Source: an uncultured virus (IMG/VR IMGVR_UViG_3300026116_000008) (lineage: Duplodnaviria; Heunggongvirae; Uroviricota; Caudoviricetes). From it: a DNA stretch of 64,000 nt. Where the stretch lies: IMG/VR virus record IMGVR_UViG_3300026116_000008; one strand, written 5' to 3'. How positions within the stretch are numbered: the stretch's first letter is position 1; each line of letters begins with the position of its first letter. Below are positions 31,806 through 41,838 of this stretch, piece after piece. The position numbers and the translations under genes are program-made. The notes below the pieces were generated by a model that searched no databases, was not told where the DNA came from, and saw nothing but the letters and a program-made list of their open reading frames with translations.

Positions 31806-32816
31806 TTAGTCCCCGTTCGCCACGATGGCCTGCACCAGCGCGCTGCTGTCCACGATCTGGTAACCGTAGACCTGCAGGCCGCGCAGGATTTGGCCAAACG
31901 TGAGTTCGGACCGCAGCGTCTCCACCTTGCTGATCTGCGAGGCGAAGGTGAGCCCGTGGGCGTGCCCCGCGTAGATCGGCTGTTCGCCGGACGAGAGGTT
32001 GGTGCTGTCCGTCGAGTTCGTCGGCAGCAGGTTGGAGATGTAGAGCGTGAACCGGTCGATCATGCCGAGCCGGCCGTTGCGCAGCATCGACACGCTGTCG
32101 CCCGACAGATACGCCTGACGGAGCTCCGACTGCTTGATCATGCGGCCTGCCCAAGCAGGCATCACGATCCAGCGGCCTTCTTCCGGGATGTTCTGTTCGT
32201 CGAGGCACTGACCCATGCGCAGGATCAGGTCGATCAGGTTGACGTCGCCGCCCGAGGCGCCCGAGCCGACGATCGACACCGGGGTGCCCTTGACGCCGAG
32301 GTTCAGGTTGCCCGAGAGGACGCCGGCGGTTGCGCCGCGGTTGGTCGAGGCGGCGCCGCCGATGATGCTGCCGAGCACGTCACGATCGACGGTGATCTTC
32401 AGCTGCTGCGCGGCGTCATCCGACCACATCGACAGGACGTTGAGGTCGGACTGAACTTCCATCACGTCGTCGAGGATCAGCGAGAAATACTTGCCGATGC
32501 CGATGTAGAGCTCAACGGAGCCGCCCGACGGACGATCGAGACCGAGCAGACCGTCGGCCTTGTAGTCGCGGATGGTGATGGTGGGCTTGGTCCGGATTTT
32601 CACCCGGTCGCCCATGTTCTGGATTTCGCCTTCGTAGTCGGTGTTCGAGATCGCCGCGAGAACGGTCGATGCGTAGAACTTTTCGACCAGCTTGGCCGAC
32701 CAGATTTCCGGGATGAAGCCCGTCGACTGGAGGGTGTTCGCGGTCGAGCCGGCCGGGGTCAGCGGCGGCAGAGAGCCCGACGTTGCGCCGGGAAAACCCG
32801 AGGAAGGAATGGTCAT
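31806..32816 (-). CDS. Major capsid protein (HK97 fold, P22-coat/N4-like)
   Basis: FIPEIWS, ISNTDYEGEI..GD.V.I, IPEEGRW, G.IDRF.LY.SN.LP, RGLQVYG motifs. Confidence 0.9.
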   Translation of the reverse strand: MTIPSSGFPGATSGSLPPLTPAGSTANTLQSTGFIPEIWSAKLVEKFYASTVLAAISNTDYEGEIQNMGDRVKIRTKPTITIRDYKADGLLGLDRPSGGSVELYIGIGKYFSLILDDVMEVQSDLNVLSMWSDDAAQQLKITVDRDVLGSIIGGAASTNRGATAGVLSGNLNLGVKGTPVSIVGSGASGGDVNLIDLILRMGQCLDEQNIPEEGRWIVMPAWAGRMIKQSELRQAYLSGDSVSMLRNGRLGMIDRFTLYISNLLPTNSTDSTNLSSGEQPIYAGHAHGLTFASQISKVETLRSELTFGQILRGLQVYGYQIVDSSALVQAIVANGD

Positions 32817-32868
32817 GCGTAGCCCCAAGGTGTGGGGCTACACGAGCGTGACGCGGCAGCCCCGGTTG

Positions 32869-33927
32869 TTAGCGGATGCGCCCTTCGCGACCTGCAGCGA
32901 TGATGTCCACTTCGAGGCGGGCCCATTCGGCCTCACGGCCAACGTAGGCTCCTCTACGTTTGTGCTCATACAGCGATGCGATCTGGGGGCGGGTGTAAAT
33001 GGGCTTGTCGGGCTGGATGTGGCTATCGCCGCCACCAGCTGGGACGCCCTTACCCGGTGCCGCCAAGGAAGCCAGTGGGACTGCCGGGGCTCTCGGTGGC
33101 TCTGGTCGAGCGACGGGAGCGGGCGGCGTGGCTGCGATGTGGCCCGTAGCTGCTTCCTCATTGAGGAAGCTCTTGAAGAACGAGATGACACGGGGGGCAG
33201 AGCCGGCCGCGATAGCTTCGTCCAACAGTCGTTGTCTAACACGTCCGGAGAGAAGGTCAATACCCATCAGCCAGCGATGCCAGCGAGGATCGTTGTCGAT
33301 CTCTCTAAAATTTGGAACTGCCACTTCGATCGCCATGTCCATGGCGACTTTGCTTTGGTTCGCGAGACGACGACGCAGTTCGGCGTTCTGTTCTTCGAGC
33401 GACTGCACCACCGGTGCGACGACCTGCTGCGCGGCGCGCTGCGCGACGTCGAGTAATTCCGGACCGAAAGCCTCTTCGTCTTTCGGCGTCAAAAACTGCT
33501 TCGGCGCCGGCGGGGCTTCGCGTCGCGGCTTCGGCTGGCGCTGTGCGCGCTGGTGCTGCGCCACCTCGCGGTAATAGTCCTCCTGCAGCTGCCCGAGGTC
33601 TTGCCGCGTGGCGTGCAAACGACCTTCGGCGGTGAGCGCGCGCTCCTTCCAGTTCACGTCTTCCGCCGGCGGTGCTGCAGGCGGTTCGGTAGGAGCCGCC
33701 GCAGGCGCAGCAGGTGCTGCGGGCTCTGCTACTGCCTGCGGCGGGGTAGGAACTGGCGCTAGGGACGCCGGCTCCGCAACAGGCGACGCCGCGGTCGGCG
33801 GAGCGTCACCCGAAGGACTGTAAAGCGCGTCGACCGCCGCGGCGCGTGCGCGCACAGCCGGCGGAATTGTGTTCGGATCGATCGGCGCCTGCTGGCGCGG
33901 CTTGGCGTCAACTACGATTTCTACCAT
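32869..33927 (-). CDS. Scaffolding protein-like
   Basis: Pro/Ala-rich, coiled-coil, ends EGRIR; directly upstream of coat. Confidence 0.7.
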   Translation of the reverse strand: MVEIVVDAKPRQQAPIDPNTIPPAVRARAAAVDALYSPSGDAPPTAASPVAEPASLAPVPTPPQAVAEPAAPAAPAAAPTEPPAAPPAEDVNWKERALTAEGRLHATRQDLGQLQEDYYREVAQHQRAQRQPKPRREAPPAPKQFLTPKDEEAFGPELLDVAQRAAQQVVAPVVQSLEEQNAELRRRLANQSKVAMDMAIEVAVPNFREIDNDPRWHRWLMGIDLLSGRVRQRLLDEAIAAGSAPRVISFFKSFLNEEAATGHIAATPPAPVARPEPPRAPAVPLASLAAPGKGVPAGGGDSHIQPDKPIYTRPQIASLYEHKRRGAYVGREAEWARLEVDIIAAGREGRIR

Positions 33928-33936
33928 CGTTCACCC

Positions 33937-34149
33937 CTATTTCACCTTTTGTACATCGTTGAACAATCTCGACAGTTTCATGCACATCTGCGCCTTGCCT
34001 TGCGCCGCGTGCACGTTCCCCTCTGTCTGCGCGAGCTCCGTCAGTTTCCCCAATGTGTAGCGTTCAAACGCAGCACAAAACTCGCCGTACTGCTGCGGCG
34101 CGGCGTTGCGCATGAAGCGCAGGCGCTGTGTAAGATCGTCGTCGGTCAA
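33937..34149 (-). CDS. Small head-associated protein
   Basis: 70 aa, AQGKAQ motif, upstream of scaffold. Confidence 0.55.
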   Translation of the reverse strand: MTDDDLTQRLRFMRNAAPQQYGEFCAAFERYTLGKLTELAQTEGNVHAAQGKAQMCMKLSRLFNDVQKVK

Positions 34150-34364
34150 ATGTCGTCTGCGTCGCCATCGCCGAGCATCATCGGGTCGGCAGGCGCCGCC
34201 GGTGAGGACTTGGCGTAATTTCCGGGAAGTCGGAATGCATCCGCGCCGGTCACGGCATCTGCGTTGCTGGACGATGTCTCGCGCGCGCCCTTGCCGCGCT
34301 GCACCGTGACACCACCCTTGCCGATCGGCGTGAGGTCTTTCTTGAACGGGCCTTTACGTGCCAT
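34146..34364 (-). CDS. Small disordered protein
   Basis: GGAGG RBS, GTG start; IGKGG motif. Confidence 0.55.
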   Translation of the reverse strand: MARKGPFKKDLTPIGKGGVTVQRGKGARETSSSNADAVTGADAFRLPGNYAKSSPAAPADPMMLGDGDADDI

Positions 34365-34578
34365 AGGGCTTCAATCCTCCAAAGCCGACGCCTGCTCCGC
34401 GCTCGCTGCCCGTGTCGGGGACGCCGGAAAGCGGCGTGCCGCCCTTGCCGTAGTCGCGGGTGCTGACGGGGCGGATGCGCGGCGCGGCCATCACGGCCTT
34501 GGACGGGTCGGCCATCTTGGGGCGGCCCGTCTGCCCGGGGGCGGAGAGTGGCGCCGGTGCTTTGGGCAGCCGGGGCAT
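34354..34578 (-). CDS. Small Pro/Gly-rich protein
   Basis: TGATG coupling; YGKGG motif. Confidence 0.55.
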   Translation of the reverse strand: MPRLPKAPAPLSAPGQTGRPKMADPSKAVMAAPRIRPVSTRDYGKGGTPLSGVPDTGSERGAGVGFGGLKPYGT

Positions 34579-34805
34579 CAGCGCGCGCTCGTGCGGCCCG
34601 CCTGCTGCGGCTCTGCGCCATGGAAGCCGAACATCTTGTTCGTGCCGCCCTTGGCGAACGAGGCGCCCTTGCCGGTCGCGCCCGGATCGCCGGTCTGACC
34701 GGACTTCATCGGTTCGGCCTGCTGCTCACTGAACATCGGCGTGTCGCCACCCTTGGCGAACTCGACGTTGTGCTGGGCCTCTTTGGTCTTCGACGGCGCG
34801 ACCAT
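34578..34805 (-). CDS. Small protein with two FAKGG..MF repeats
   Basis: GAGG RBS; EFAKGGDTPMF / SFAKGGTNKMF. Confidence 0.65.
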   Translation of the reverse strand: MVAPSKTKEAQHNVEFAKGGDTPMFSEQQAEPMKSGQTGDPGATGKGASFAKGGTNKMFGFHGAEPQQAGRTSAR

Positions 34806-34866
34806 GGAAAATCCTCTCAGTGGAGCCTGTCTGGAAAGCTATCTCTTCTGACGTAGAGCTAAACCG

Positions 34867-34881
34867 TTAAGGAAAAATTAA
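34867..34881. promoter_or_regulatory. CtrA box / late promoter
   Basis: TTAA-GGAAAAA-TTAA; TCTACGT 9 nt downstream on minus strand. Confidence 0.75.
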
Positions 34882-35228
34882 GGGTCCGGCGGGTACTCGC
34901 GGTCGATACCGCGACGACCTTGGATGAAGCCGTCACCGTGACGCAATTCGCGGATGTCCTGTTCGGTTGCTGAAAGGCGGGCGGCAAGCACGCGTATCTC
35001 GCCGCGGATATCGGCGAGGTTAACCAAAATGTCGCCGAGTTTCTTTATCTCGACCTGCATCGAGTTGAGCTCTAGCTTGAGCGCCGCCGAGCCGAGCTTG
35101 AGCGTACCGACGTCGTGCTTCATCGTGATCAACACCAGCAGCCCGCCGCCGATAATTGCGGCAATTTCGATCATGTTGCCGATGGTGATCGTGTAATCGA
35201 GTGTCAACATTCCAAGCGTTCCGCTCAT
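34878..35228 (-). CDS. Membrane-anchored coiled-coil protein (lysis module)
   Basis: N-terminal TM segment then coiled coil; ATGA overlap. Confidence 0.55.
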   Translation of the reverse strand: MSGTLGMLTLDYTITIGNMIEIAAIIGGGLLVLITMKHDVGTLKLGSAALKLELNSMQVEIKKLGDILVNLADIRGEIRVLAARLSATEQDIRELRHGDGFIQGRRGIDREYPPDP

Positions 35229-35707
35229 TTGCCGACCAGCCGTTTCAGGTTGTCGACGATGCCGCCTGCGGCTGGTCCACCCCGCAGCACCACCGCGCCG
35301 GCGCCGAACAGAAATGCCAGCAGCAGATACGCCCACTCAACCGTCGAGCCCGACGACGGATACTGGAAATTTGGAACCGATTGACGGATCACGAAAACTA
35401 AAAACGGCACGCACCATTGGTGCCAGAACAAAACGAATAGCTGGGTGTATACCATCCAGCACCATGCCGTCTGCATCATTTGCGACGTACGCAGGGTTCC
35501 TTGAAAACTTTCAAACGTGCGCGCGGTCAGGTCGGCGTGGGCGGTCTCCACCTTGGTGAAGGAACCAAGAAACGCCTCTTTGAATTTTTCAGCGAGCTCT
35601 GCCTCGCTGATTTTCCTGTCTTGATAGTCTTTCAAGACGCCGCGGATATTGCCGAAGAACGCGTCGAACAGTTTTCCGCCGAGGGCAGCTGCGATGGCTT
35701 CCAGCAT
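35225..35707 (-). CDS. Holin-like membrane protein
   Basis: Hydrophobic segments; two genes after endolysin. Confidence 0.55.
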   Translation of the reverse strand: MLEAIAAALGGKLFDAFFGNIRGVLKDYQDRKISEAELAEKFKEAFLGSFTKVETAHADLTARTFESFQGTLRTSQMMQTAWCWMVYTQLFVLFWHQWCVPFLVFVIRQSVPNFQYPSSGSTVEWAYLLLAFLFGAGAVVLRGGPAAGGIVDNLKRLVGK

Positions 35708-35708
35708 G

Positions 35709-36098
35709 TCAATCCTTGTGCGGTACGCGTTCAATAAAAGAGCGGATGACAGGCATCGCGGCCGCCCCGAGGCGGATGGACGTCGTCACCCAGTCAGGCA
35801 GGATATAGGCCGACAGGTCGACCCCTGCGATCGCGGGCAGCAAATCCCCCAGCACTTGCGAGGTTAACACTGCGGCGTCGAGCGCACCGTTCCATAGCGA
35901 CGGGAACGACACGATCATTCCGGCCGTGACCACGTCCCAACGAACCCTCAACCACGACAGGATGGCGCCGCGGAATTGCTGGAACTCAGGACGGTCTTTA
36001 ATACGCGGGCGCACCATGAGAAAGTAAAAAATCAGGGTGGCGACCGTGACCAAAATCCAGATGACGGTCTGCGGCTTGCTGATGAATGTAATTTCCAT
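35709..36098 (-). CDS. Holin/antiholin-like membrane protein
   Basis: Several TM-like segments; directly after endolysin. Confidence 0.55.
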   Translation of the reverse strand: MEITFISKPQTVIWILVTVATLIFYFLMVRPRIKDRPEFQQFRGAILSWLRVRWDVVTAGMIVSFPSLWNGALDAAVLTSQVLGDLLPAIAGVDLSAYILPDWVTTSIRLGAAAMPVIRSFIERVPHKD

Positions 36099-36099
36099 G

Positions 36100-36807
36100 T
36101 CATGCTCCCTTTTTGAGCAAGGATAAAAATGCTTCCAGCAAGCCTTTGGGCTTTGCGTTCGGCGGCGCGGTGGCTGGTTTCGCCGCCGGTGCCGGGACAG
36201 TTGCCGGGTTGTACGGCGTGTCCTTGATTTTCGACCAGCGTTCGAACGCGCGTTTCAATTTGCCGTCGTAGTCGTTCTGGCGGTAGTTCGCGCCGTTGTA
36301 GCCTTGCGCGAACCGCGCCCAATCCTTCATCCGCAACGCCCGGTCCAGCCCCTTGCTCTTGATGAAGCGGATCATCGCTTCAAGCTGGTTGGCTTCGTCC
36401 TTGCAGAAGTCCGCCACCATGGCCTGCGGCGACAGATAGCCGGCGGCCTGATAGTTCTCGCCGAGAATTTGCCCGAGGCCCCATGAGCACGCTTTCAGCG
36501 CCGCGGTCTCGTCGATCTCCATGGCCCGCAGCAGGCGCGGATAGCTGTCAGGCGGATATTCGCCCGGCCGCCACTGCGAGTAGGCGAGCCCCTGCGAGAC
36601 CGCCGCTGCACGCTTGTCCTGCGGCAGGCAGCGGAAGAACACATGCGGCTCGAACAGCATCTTCAGCCGGCCTTGGCGGTCAAAGCCCGAGCCCGAGCTC
36701 TCCACGTCGAGCACCGCGTGGATTTCGTCCTCGCCGACGCCGATCAACGCGCCAATCCGCGGGATGTCGTAGTCGTCGAGCCGTTTGCCCGAGCCCTGAA
36801 AGTTCAT
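36100..36807 (-). CDS. Endolysin, N-acetylmuramidase (DUF3380-type)
   Basis: VESSG.GF, LFEPHVF, SWGLGQILG.N, FA.GYNG..Y..N.YD.KL motifs. Confidence 0.9.
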   Translation of the reverse strand: MNFQGSGKRLDDYDIPRIGALIGVGEDEIHAVLDVESSGSGFDRQGRLKMLFEPHVFFRCLPQDKRAAAVSQGLAYSQWRPGEYPPDSYPRLLRAMEIDETAALKACSWGLGQILGENYQAAGYLSPQAMVADFCKDEANQLEAMIRFIKSKGLDRALRMKDWARFAQGYNGANYRQNDYDGKLKRAFERWSKIKDTPYNPATVPAPAAKPATAPPNAKPKGLLEAFLSLLKKGA

Positions 36808-37472
36808 GACCGCACTCCCATGTAGTTGGTGAATAAAGTCTGGTCGTGGTCGGCGGCGTACCACCACAGTGGAAATTCCGGATTGCGCTCTTCGAGCCGG
36901 GCGAGCGTGTTCACTTCCCACGACACGTTGCCGGTTTCTTCGATCCAGCGGACGTACTCGTTCTGCATGGCGTCGTTGAACTGCACGACGTATTTCTTGG
37001 GGACGACCATCACCCCGCCGCAAAACCTCCAGCATGGATGGTTGTCGTCGTAGGTATACGTTCCTTTTGGCCAGCAACCGGGGATGGTCACCGCGCGCTC
37101 GCCTTCAGCGCGGGCTAAAAAGTCGTCTATAATTTTCGCGGTGACGCCCGGTACGTGGAAAATACCGGCGTCGATCCAGACGAACACGTCTGTTTTCGGG
37201 TATTCCACCCACGCCTTCTCGATCCATTGCGTCTTTTGCGCCTGCACGATGTGATACCCGAGCGTGTTCTTCGCCGGATTGTCAGACACCGAGTGCGTGT
37301 AGGACTGTTCGTTGTTGCACAGGTACTGATGCAGCCAGCATTCTTCGAGTTCGGGTTTGTAGAGCAGCACGCTGTGCTCGATGTTGAACAGCTTGCGGAC
37401 AAGCTGTTCGTACTCCCGCTTGGGCCGCGGGTGGTTCGGGAGCTCGACGTATCCGGTTACGACGGTGATCAT
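36804..37472 (-). CDS. Glycosyltransferase, HtrL/WlaTC-like
   Basis: ITVVTGY, FVWIDAGIFH, WRFCGG, ADH motifs. Confidence 0.65.
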   Translation of the reverse strand: MITVVTGYVELPNHPRPKREYEQLVRKLFNIEHSVLLYKPELEECWLHQYLCNNEQSYTHSVSDNPAKNTLGYHIVQAQKTQWIEKAWVEYPKTDVFVWIDAGIFHVPGVTAKIIDDFLARAEGERAVTIPGCWPKGTYTYDDNHPCWRFCGGVMVVPKKYVVQFNDAMQNEYVRWIEETGNVSWEVNTLARLEERNPEFPLWWYAADHDQTLFTNYMGVRS

Positions 37473-39449
37473 CTAGTCCTCCAGCGTGAACCGGACGACT
37501 TCGTCGGCGTCCATAATCGCGAGCCGTGCCTCGCAATCGCGCACGCCATACGAGATGACGATCTCTTTGCTGTCCGGCAGATACCCGAGCCCGGCAGCGA
37601 ACTCGATTTCCTTCGCGTGGAAACAGAACGGATGCGAGAGCGCGTGGAGGTTTTTGTCTTCCCGGAACAGCGCGAACCGGTGTCTGTAATAGCGCTTCGG
37701 CTGGCCGGGGATTTGCCCGGCCTCGTGCACGATCGCGAGTTTTCTCCCCTCGCCGATGTCGACCACTTGCGAACCGCCGCTGACGTTGCCAACATCCCAT
37801 TGCTGCGGATGGTCAACGACGAATTTTCCATCGGTGTCGATCAATGCCCCGAGACGATAGACGAACCGCAGGTCGTTACCTTCGACCCATGGCATCCAGT
37901 TTTTCTCGTTCCGCCGGTGCTCTGGCAGGATACGTTTCCAGTTGTTTCCGTATCGCCATCGACCATTCTCGTTCACCAGCGGTGCAAGAACTTGCTCGCA
38001 CCATCCTTCACGGTTCAGCTGCCGCACAGTCGAGAGCGTCCAGAAATCACCGCGCCACTTAAAAAGACGGCTGTCTTCAAAGCCGTGGACGAGGTCCCAT
38101 TCCATCGGCCAGTTTTCGGAGGGCATAAGAATTTCTTCCCAGCCGCCATCCCGCCGGTCGATGAAATTGCGGGTCTTGATCGGATGGTCGAACTCGCTGA
38201 CTGATCCGTCTTCGTTGTTGATCATGTAGCGGCCGTCGACGATCGAGTAGTTCACCGTCCGGACCAGCGTGCGCGCTCTCCCGTCTTCGTCGACGAACAC
38301 GGAAGGGTTCATCGCCTTGTAGCCGGCGGGAGGCGTGAACGAATACTTCTCGGACGTAAAAGACGGCACGAAGGTCTTCAGCGGCTCCAGATACCAGTAG
38401 AGGTTTCCTCTCGCCTGCTGCGAGCCTTCGAGCGACAGCATCGCCGCAACCTTGGCGCCTTCGGCCCGATGCTTGTTGTCGTAGCCCGCGCAGATCGCGA
38501 ACTCTTCCCGCAGGCCCGTCCGGTAGACTTCCTCGTTGACGAACAGGAGATCGCCCGGCCGCTTGAGCTTCATCCCCATCGTCGAGAACAGCAGCGACGT
38601 CTTCTGGCGGTCGGGCTTCTCGCGGTAAAACCGCGCAAGGTCGTAGAGCGCCTCCGCGCGCGAAGGCCGCATCTCGTAGGCTTTGAGCATGTGGTGGACG
38701 TAGGCAGGCTCGTCGTCCATCTTCAAAAGACAGTAAGCGTACTTGACCTGCGCGTTCCAGACTTCCTCGTCCCAGCCGCCGAGCTCGACGCGGCGCTTGT
38801 AGAACGCGGCCGCCGTACCCCATTCGCCGCCGTCGAAATAAGACTGCGCCAAATAGAACGTGTAGCGCTGCACCAGCCCCGGGTCTTTTTCCGTTGCGAG
38901 CGCCTTGGTCAGAAGATCGATGTCGCGCTTGTACTTGTCCGGCCGGTTGGCGCCGTCGGCGTGGTCGACGAAGTACGCCGCGTCTTCCGGAATGATCGGG
39001 CCGGCGACGTCGAGATACTCGTGCGTGACGCCGCGATATTTGCCGGTGGCGTCCTTGCTCACCAGCCGCATGTTGAAGTAGCCGATCGTGCCGCCGGCGA
39101 ACTGTTTCATGTTGTAGCCGGGCGCCGTGAGGCCGACGTCCCACTCGCCCTTGCGAACGACGAGCTCCATGTCGGCGTCGCACAACAGAAGATAGTCCCA
39201 CGGCAGCTTGCTCGCGCGCGCGAGCTTCAGCGCCTGATTGCGCGCCTGCTCGAAGTTCTCGAACGGTGCGTGGCCGATCTCAAGCGGCTTGCCGGCTTCC
39301 TTGAAAAGGCTGGTCAGCTTGACCAGCGTGTCGTCGGTTGACCCGGTATCGACGATGATGGCGCCGGCGATCTGCGGCAGCAGGCTCTTAACGCAACGTT
39401 CGATGCGCGCGCCCTCGTTCTTGACGATGGCGTTCCAGAAAAGTTTCAC
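37473..39449 (-). CDS. GT2 glycosyltransferase + TPR + C-terminal beta-propeller domain
   Basis: IVKNE...IVDTGSTD, ARNQAL, DAD, HEY GT2 motifs; FYLAQSY TPR helices; NPS / GFEDSR / EKNWMPW / EFAAGL propeller motifs. Confidence 0.85.
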   Translation of the reverse strand: MKLFWNAIVKNEGARIERCVKSLLPQIAGAIIVDTGSTDDTLVKLTSLFKEAGKPLEIGHAPFENFEQARNQALKLARASKLPWDYLLLCDADMELVVRKGEWDVGLTAPGYNMKQFAGGTIGYFNMRLVSKDATGKYRGVTHEYLDVAGPIIPEDAAYFVDHADGANRPDKYKRDIDLLTKALATEKDPGLVQRYTFYLAQSYFDGGEWGTAAAFYKRRVELGGWDEEVWNAQVKYAYCLLKMDDEPAYVHHMLKAYEMRPSRAEALYDLARFYREKPDRQKTSLLFSTMGMKLKRPGDLLFVNEEVYRTGLREEFAICAGYDNKHRAEGAKVAAMLSLEGSQQARGNLYWYLEPLKTFVPSFTSEKYSFTPPAGYKAMNPSVFVDEDGRARTLVRTVNYSIVDGRYMINNEDGSVSEFDHPIKTRNFIDRRDGGWEEILMPSENWPMEWDLVHGFEDSRLFKWRGDFWTLSTVRQLNREGWCEQVLAPLVNENGRWRYGNNWKRILPEHRRNEKNWMPWVEGNDLRFVYRLGALIDTDGKFVVDHPQQWDVGNVSGGSQVVDIGEGRKLAIVHEAGQIPGQPKRYYRHRFALFREDKNLHALSHPFCFHAKEIEFAAGLGYLPDSKEIVISYGVRDCEARLAIMDADEVVRFTLED

Positions 39450-39469
39450 TGATTTCCCCCTTCATGATG

Positions 39470-41776
39470 TCAGCCCGGCCCTCCGACGGGGCCCGGCAGG
39501 CGTTGGCCGGGTTGCGGGGGCTTGCGCTGGTTTCCAACGACGTCGACGCCCATGGCTGGGGCGTTGTTCATCGGTGATGCTTGGTTGCCTTGCGCCTGTC
39601 TTGCGTCGCGATCCATTGCACCGGACGGAGGGCCGGGGGGGTTTCCGTCCATTCCGCCCGGTGCAGGGGGTTGGGGTGAGCCGCCCCCCTCCTCCGGCAT
39701 CGACGCCCTCGACGCCAGAAAGCCGGTGGTGAGTTCTTTGGTGATGCCCTGAACACCGAGCTCGACACCCTTCTGGATGCCTTTGTCGACCTGCTCGCTG
39801 ATGGCCTTGTTCTGCTGCTCTTCCTGCTGCTTGGCCTGTTTCTTGAGAAGCTCTGCTTCCGACGGAACGACCTTGTCGCTGGACAGGCCGATCGTGTCGG
39901 CAACCGAGCGCAGCACCGAGCCGCGGCCGGCGAGACCGACGATCGACATGTCGACCGGGTTGTTGGTGTGTTGCAGGAACTCCAGCTGGCGCTGGCGCTG
40001 CGTCTCGCGCTGCACCGCGACCGTGGTGCCCTGCACGTAAAACTTCTCTTCGCCCGTGAGCATCCCGGTCGTGTCGGTGAGCATCACGAGGTCGCCAAGC
40101 TGCTGCAGGGCCACTTCGAAGATGTCGCGGTCGATGTTGGCGGCGACGGTCTGGAGGATTTTGGACGCGTTGCCCATGAGCATCGCGAGGCCCGACGCGG
40201 TGCGGCCGGCGCCGCCCGACGCGCTGCCGCCGACATACTTCGGGATCGCCGAGATGTCGTCGGAGAACTCCACCAGCGCTTTATAGACGGCGAGCAGTTC
40301 CTGCGCGTTCGACTGCGGCTGGAAGAACTCCACCGGCGCCTTGGAGTTGGTGCCGACCGGGTCGTTGGCGGCGTGCCAGCGCTTCCACGGGAAGAGCTCG
40401 TCGACGTTGTCTTCCGGGCGTACGCGGTCGGTGTTGACCACCACTTGCGGACCGGACGCGATCGCCATGTTGTTGAGCAGCGACCGCAAGGTCGCGTTGG
40501 CCGCGTCCTGCAGGTCCGCCATCAGGTCGGAGAGCGAGTTGCCGAGCGGCGTGCCGGGCACTTTCTCGAACGACGTGGTAAAATAGTTGTGCCGTGCACG
40601 GGGGGAAGGCGACAGGTTCGCCTTGATGACATGACGCCCGATCAAATAGACGTCGACCCGGTAGTCACGGAGCTCATCGTTGACCCCGGGCATACCATAG
40701 TCCTGCAAAATCCGGCCTTGAACGTTGCCGTGATATTCCAGCATGGTGATCAGGCCGGACCTGTTCCATGCTGGGTTCTCACGACTTTCAAGGGTCGCCC
40801 GCTCTGCGTCCGTGGTATCCCAATGCTCGTAGAGCCCGCCACGCCCGTACTCGTCGAGCACGGCCCGAACAGCGTTACGATCGTAGCCGGGCAGGTCGAG
40901 CAGATCATTGATCTCGGCACGGGTCAGGCGCGACTTCTCGATCACGTCGGCGTTGGCGATGTCGGCGACGCCCGGCGTCCACCAGATGTCGAACGGTGAC
41001 ACCCGGGTCCAGAACATCTTCGGTACCTGCTGGACCGTCGGCGGGCCGCCGCCGGGCGGCCACACGACTTCCGGGACGATCTTGACCGTCGGGCCCTTGA
41101 TGCAGGCGAACGGGAAGATCGGCAGGTCGACGATGAACTCCGCCAGCGCGTGGTAGAAGCCGCCTTCCCGGAGATACTCCTCGATCCGGTCTTCGGCGAC
41201 CTTGGCCTGCTTGGTGGCCTTTTTCTTCGCCGCTTCGGCCGCGCTCTCAAGCAGCGCCTCGCGCCGCTTGCGCGCACCGTCCGGGTCCGGCGGGACGCCG
41301 GCCTGCATGATCGTCTGCTCCTCGTGCTGGAGCAACGTACCGATCTTCTCCAGCACGTCCGGCGGAATATCCGGGTCGGCCGGCGGCTTCACCGCCCACG
41401 GCCGGTCCTGTCCCAAATAGATGTCGCGCAAAAGAGACGACGCCGCCCGGCATTTCTGGGCGGTGATGCGGGCGTAAATTTCCGACCCGCCGAATTTCTG
41501 CACCTCGCGCAGTTTGTCGGGCGAATACTGGCCGTTGAAGGTCCGCAGCGCCTCGATCAACCGGCCCGACCAGCCCGCCGCGGTGTTGCGGTGGTTGCGC
41601 ATGATCTCGAACTGGGTGCGGACGAAGCCGCCTAGCTCGTCCGGTGGCGACTGTGTATTTTGCGCGTAGGCAGCGGCTTGCGCCTGCTGCCGCTGTTGAA
41701 GCTGCGCTTCCAGCGCCGCCGGCGGGACGACCTGAAGAACACCTTGCTGGTTACCGAGAGGGATCGAAGCGGCCAT
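39470..41776 (-). CDS. Portal protein
   Basis: 768 aa; first gene of virion operon; RTASGLAMLM, GPQVVVN portal-like motifs. Confidence 0.85.
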   Translation of the reverse strand: MAASIPLGNQQGVLQVVPPAALEAQLQQRQQAQAAAYAQNTQSPPDELGGFVRTQFEIMRNHRNTAAGWSGRLIEALRTFNGQYSPDKLREVQKFGGSEIYARITAQKCRAASSLLRDIYLGQDRPWAVKPPADPDIPPDVLEKIGTLLQHEEQTIMQAGVPPDPDGARKRREALLESAAEAAKKKATKQAKVAEDRIEEYLREGGFYHALAEFIVDLPIFPFACIKGPTVKIVPEVVWPPGGGPPTVQQVPKMFWTRVSPFDIWWTPGVADIANADVIEKSRLTRAEINDLLDLPGYDRNAVRAVLDEYGRGGLYEHWDTTDAERATLESRENPAWNRSGLITMLEYHGNVQGRILQDYGMPGVNDELRDYRVDVYLIGRHVIKANLSPSPRARHNYFTTSFEKVPGTPLGNSLSDLMADLQDAANATLRSLLNNMAIASGPQVVVNTDRVRPEDNVDELFPWKRWHAANDPVGTNSKAPVEFFQPQSNAQELLAVYKALVEFSDDISAIPKYVGGSASGGAGRTASGLAMLMGNASKILQTVAANIDRDIFEVALQQLGDLVMLTDTTGMLTGEEKFYVQGTTVAVQRETQRQRQLEFLQHTNNPVDMSIVGLAGRGSVLRSVADTIGLSSDKVVPSEAELLKKQAKQQEEQQNKAISEQVDKGIQKGVELGVQGITKELTTGFLASRASMPEEGGGSPQPPAPGGMDGNPPGPPSGAMDRDARQAQGNQASPMNNAPAMGVDVVGNQRKPPQPGQRLPGPVGGPG

Positions 41777-41799
41777 CTCGACACCAAAAATGATAAACC

Positions 41800-41814
41800 T
41801 TAAGAAAGAATTAA
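41800..41814. promoter_or_regulatory. CtrA box between divergent portal and terminase operons
   Basis: TTAA-GAAAGAA-TTAA; GCTAGG 9 nt downstream on plus strand. Confidence 0.75.
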
Positions 41815-41838
41815 CCGGTCACTGCTAGGGGGAGTTGC

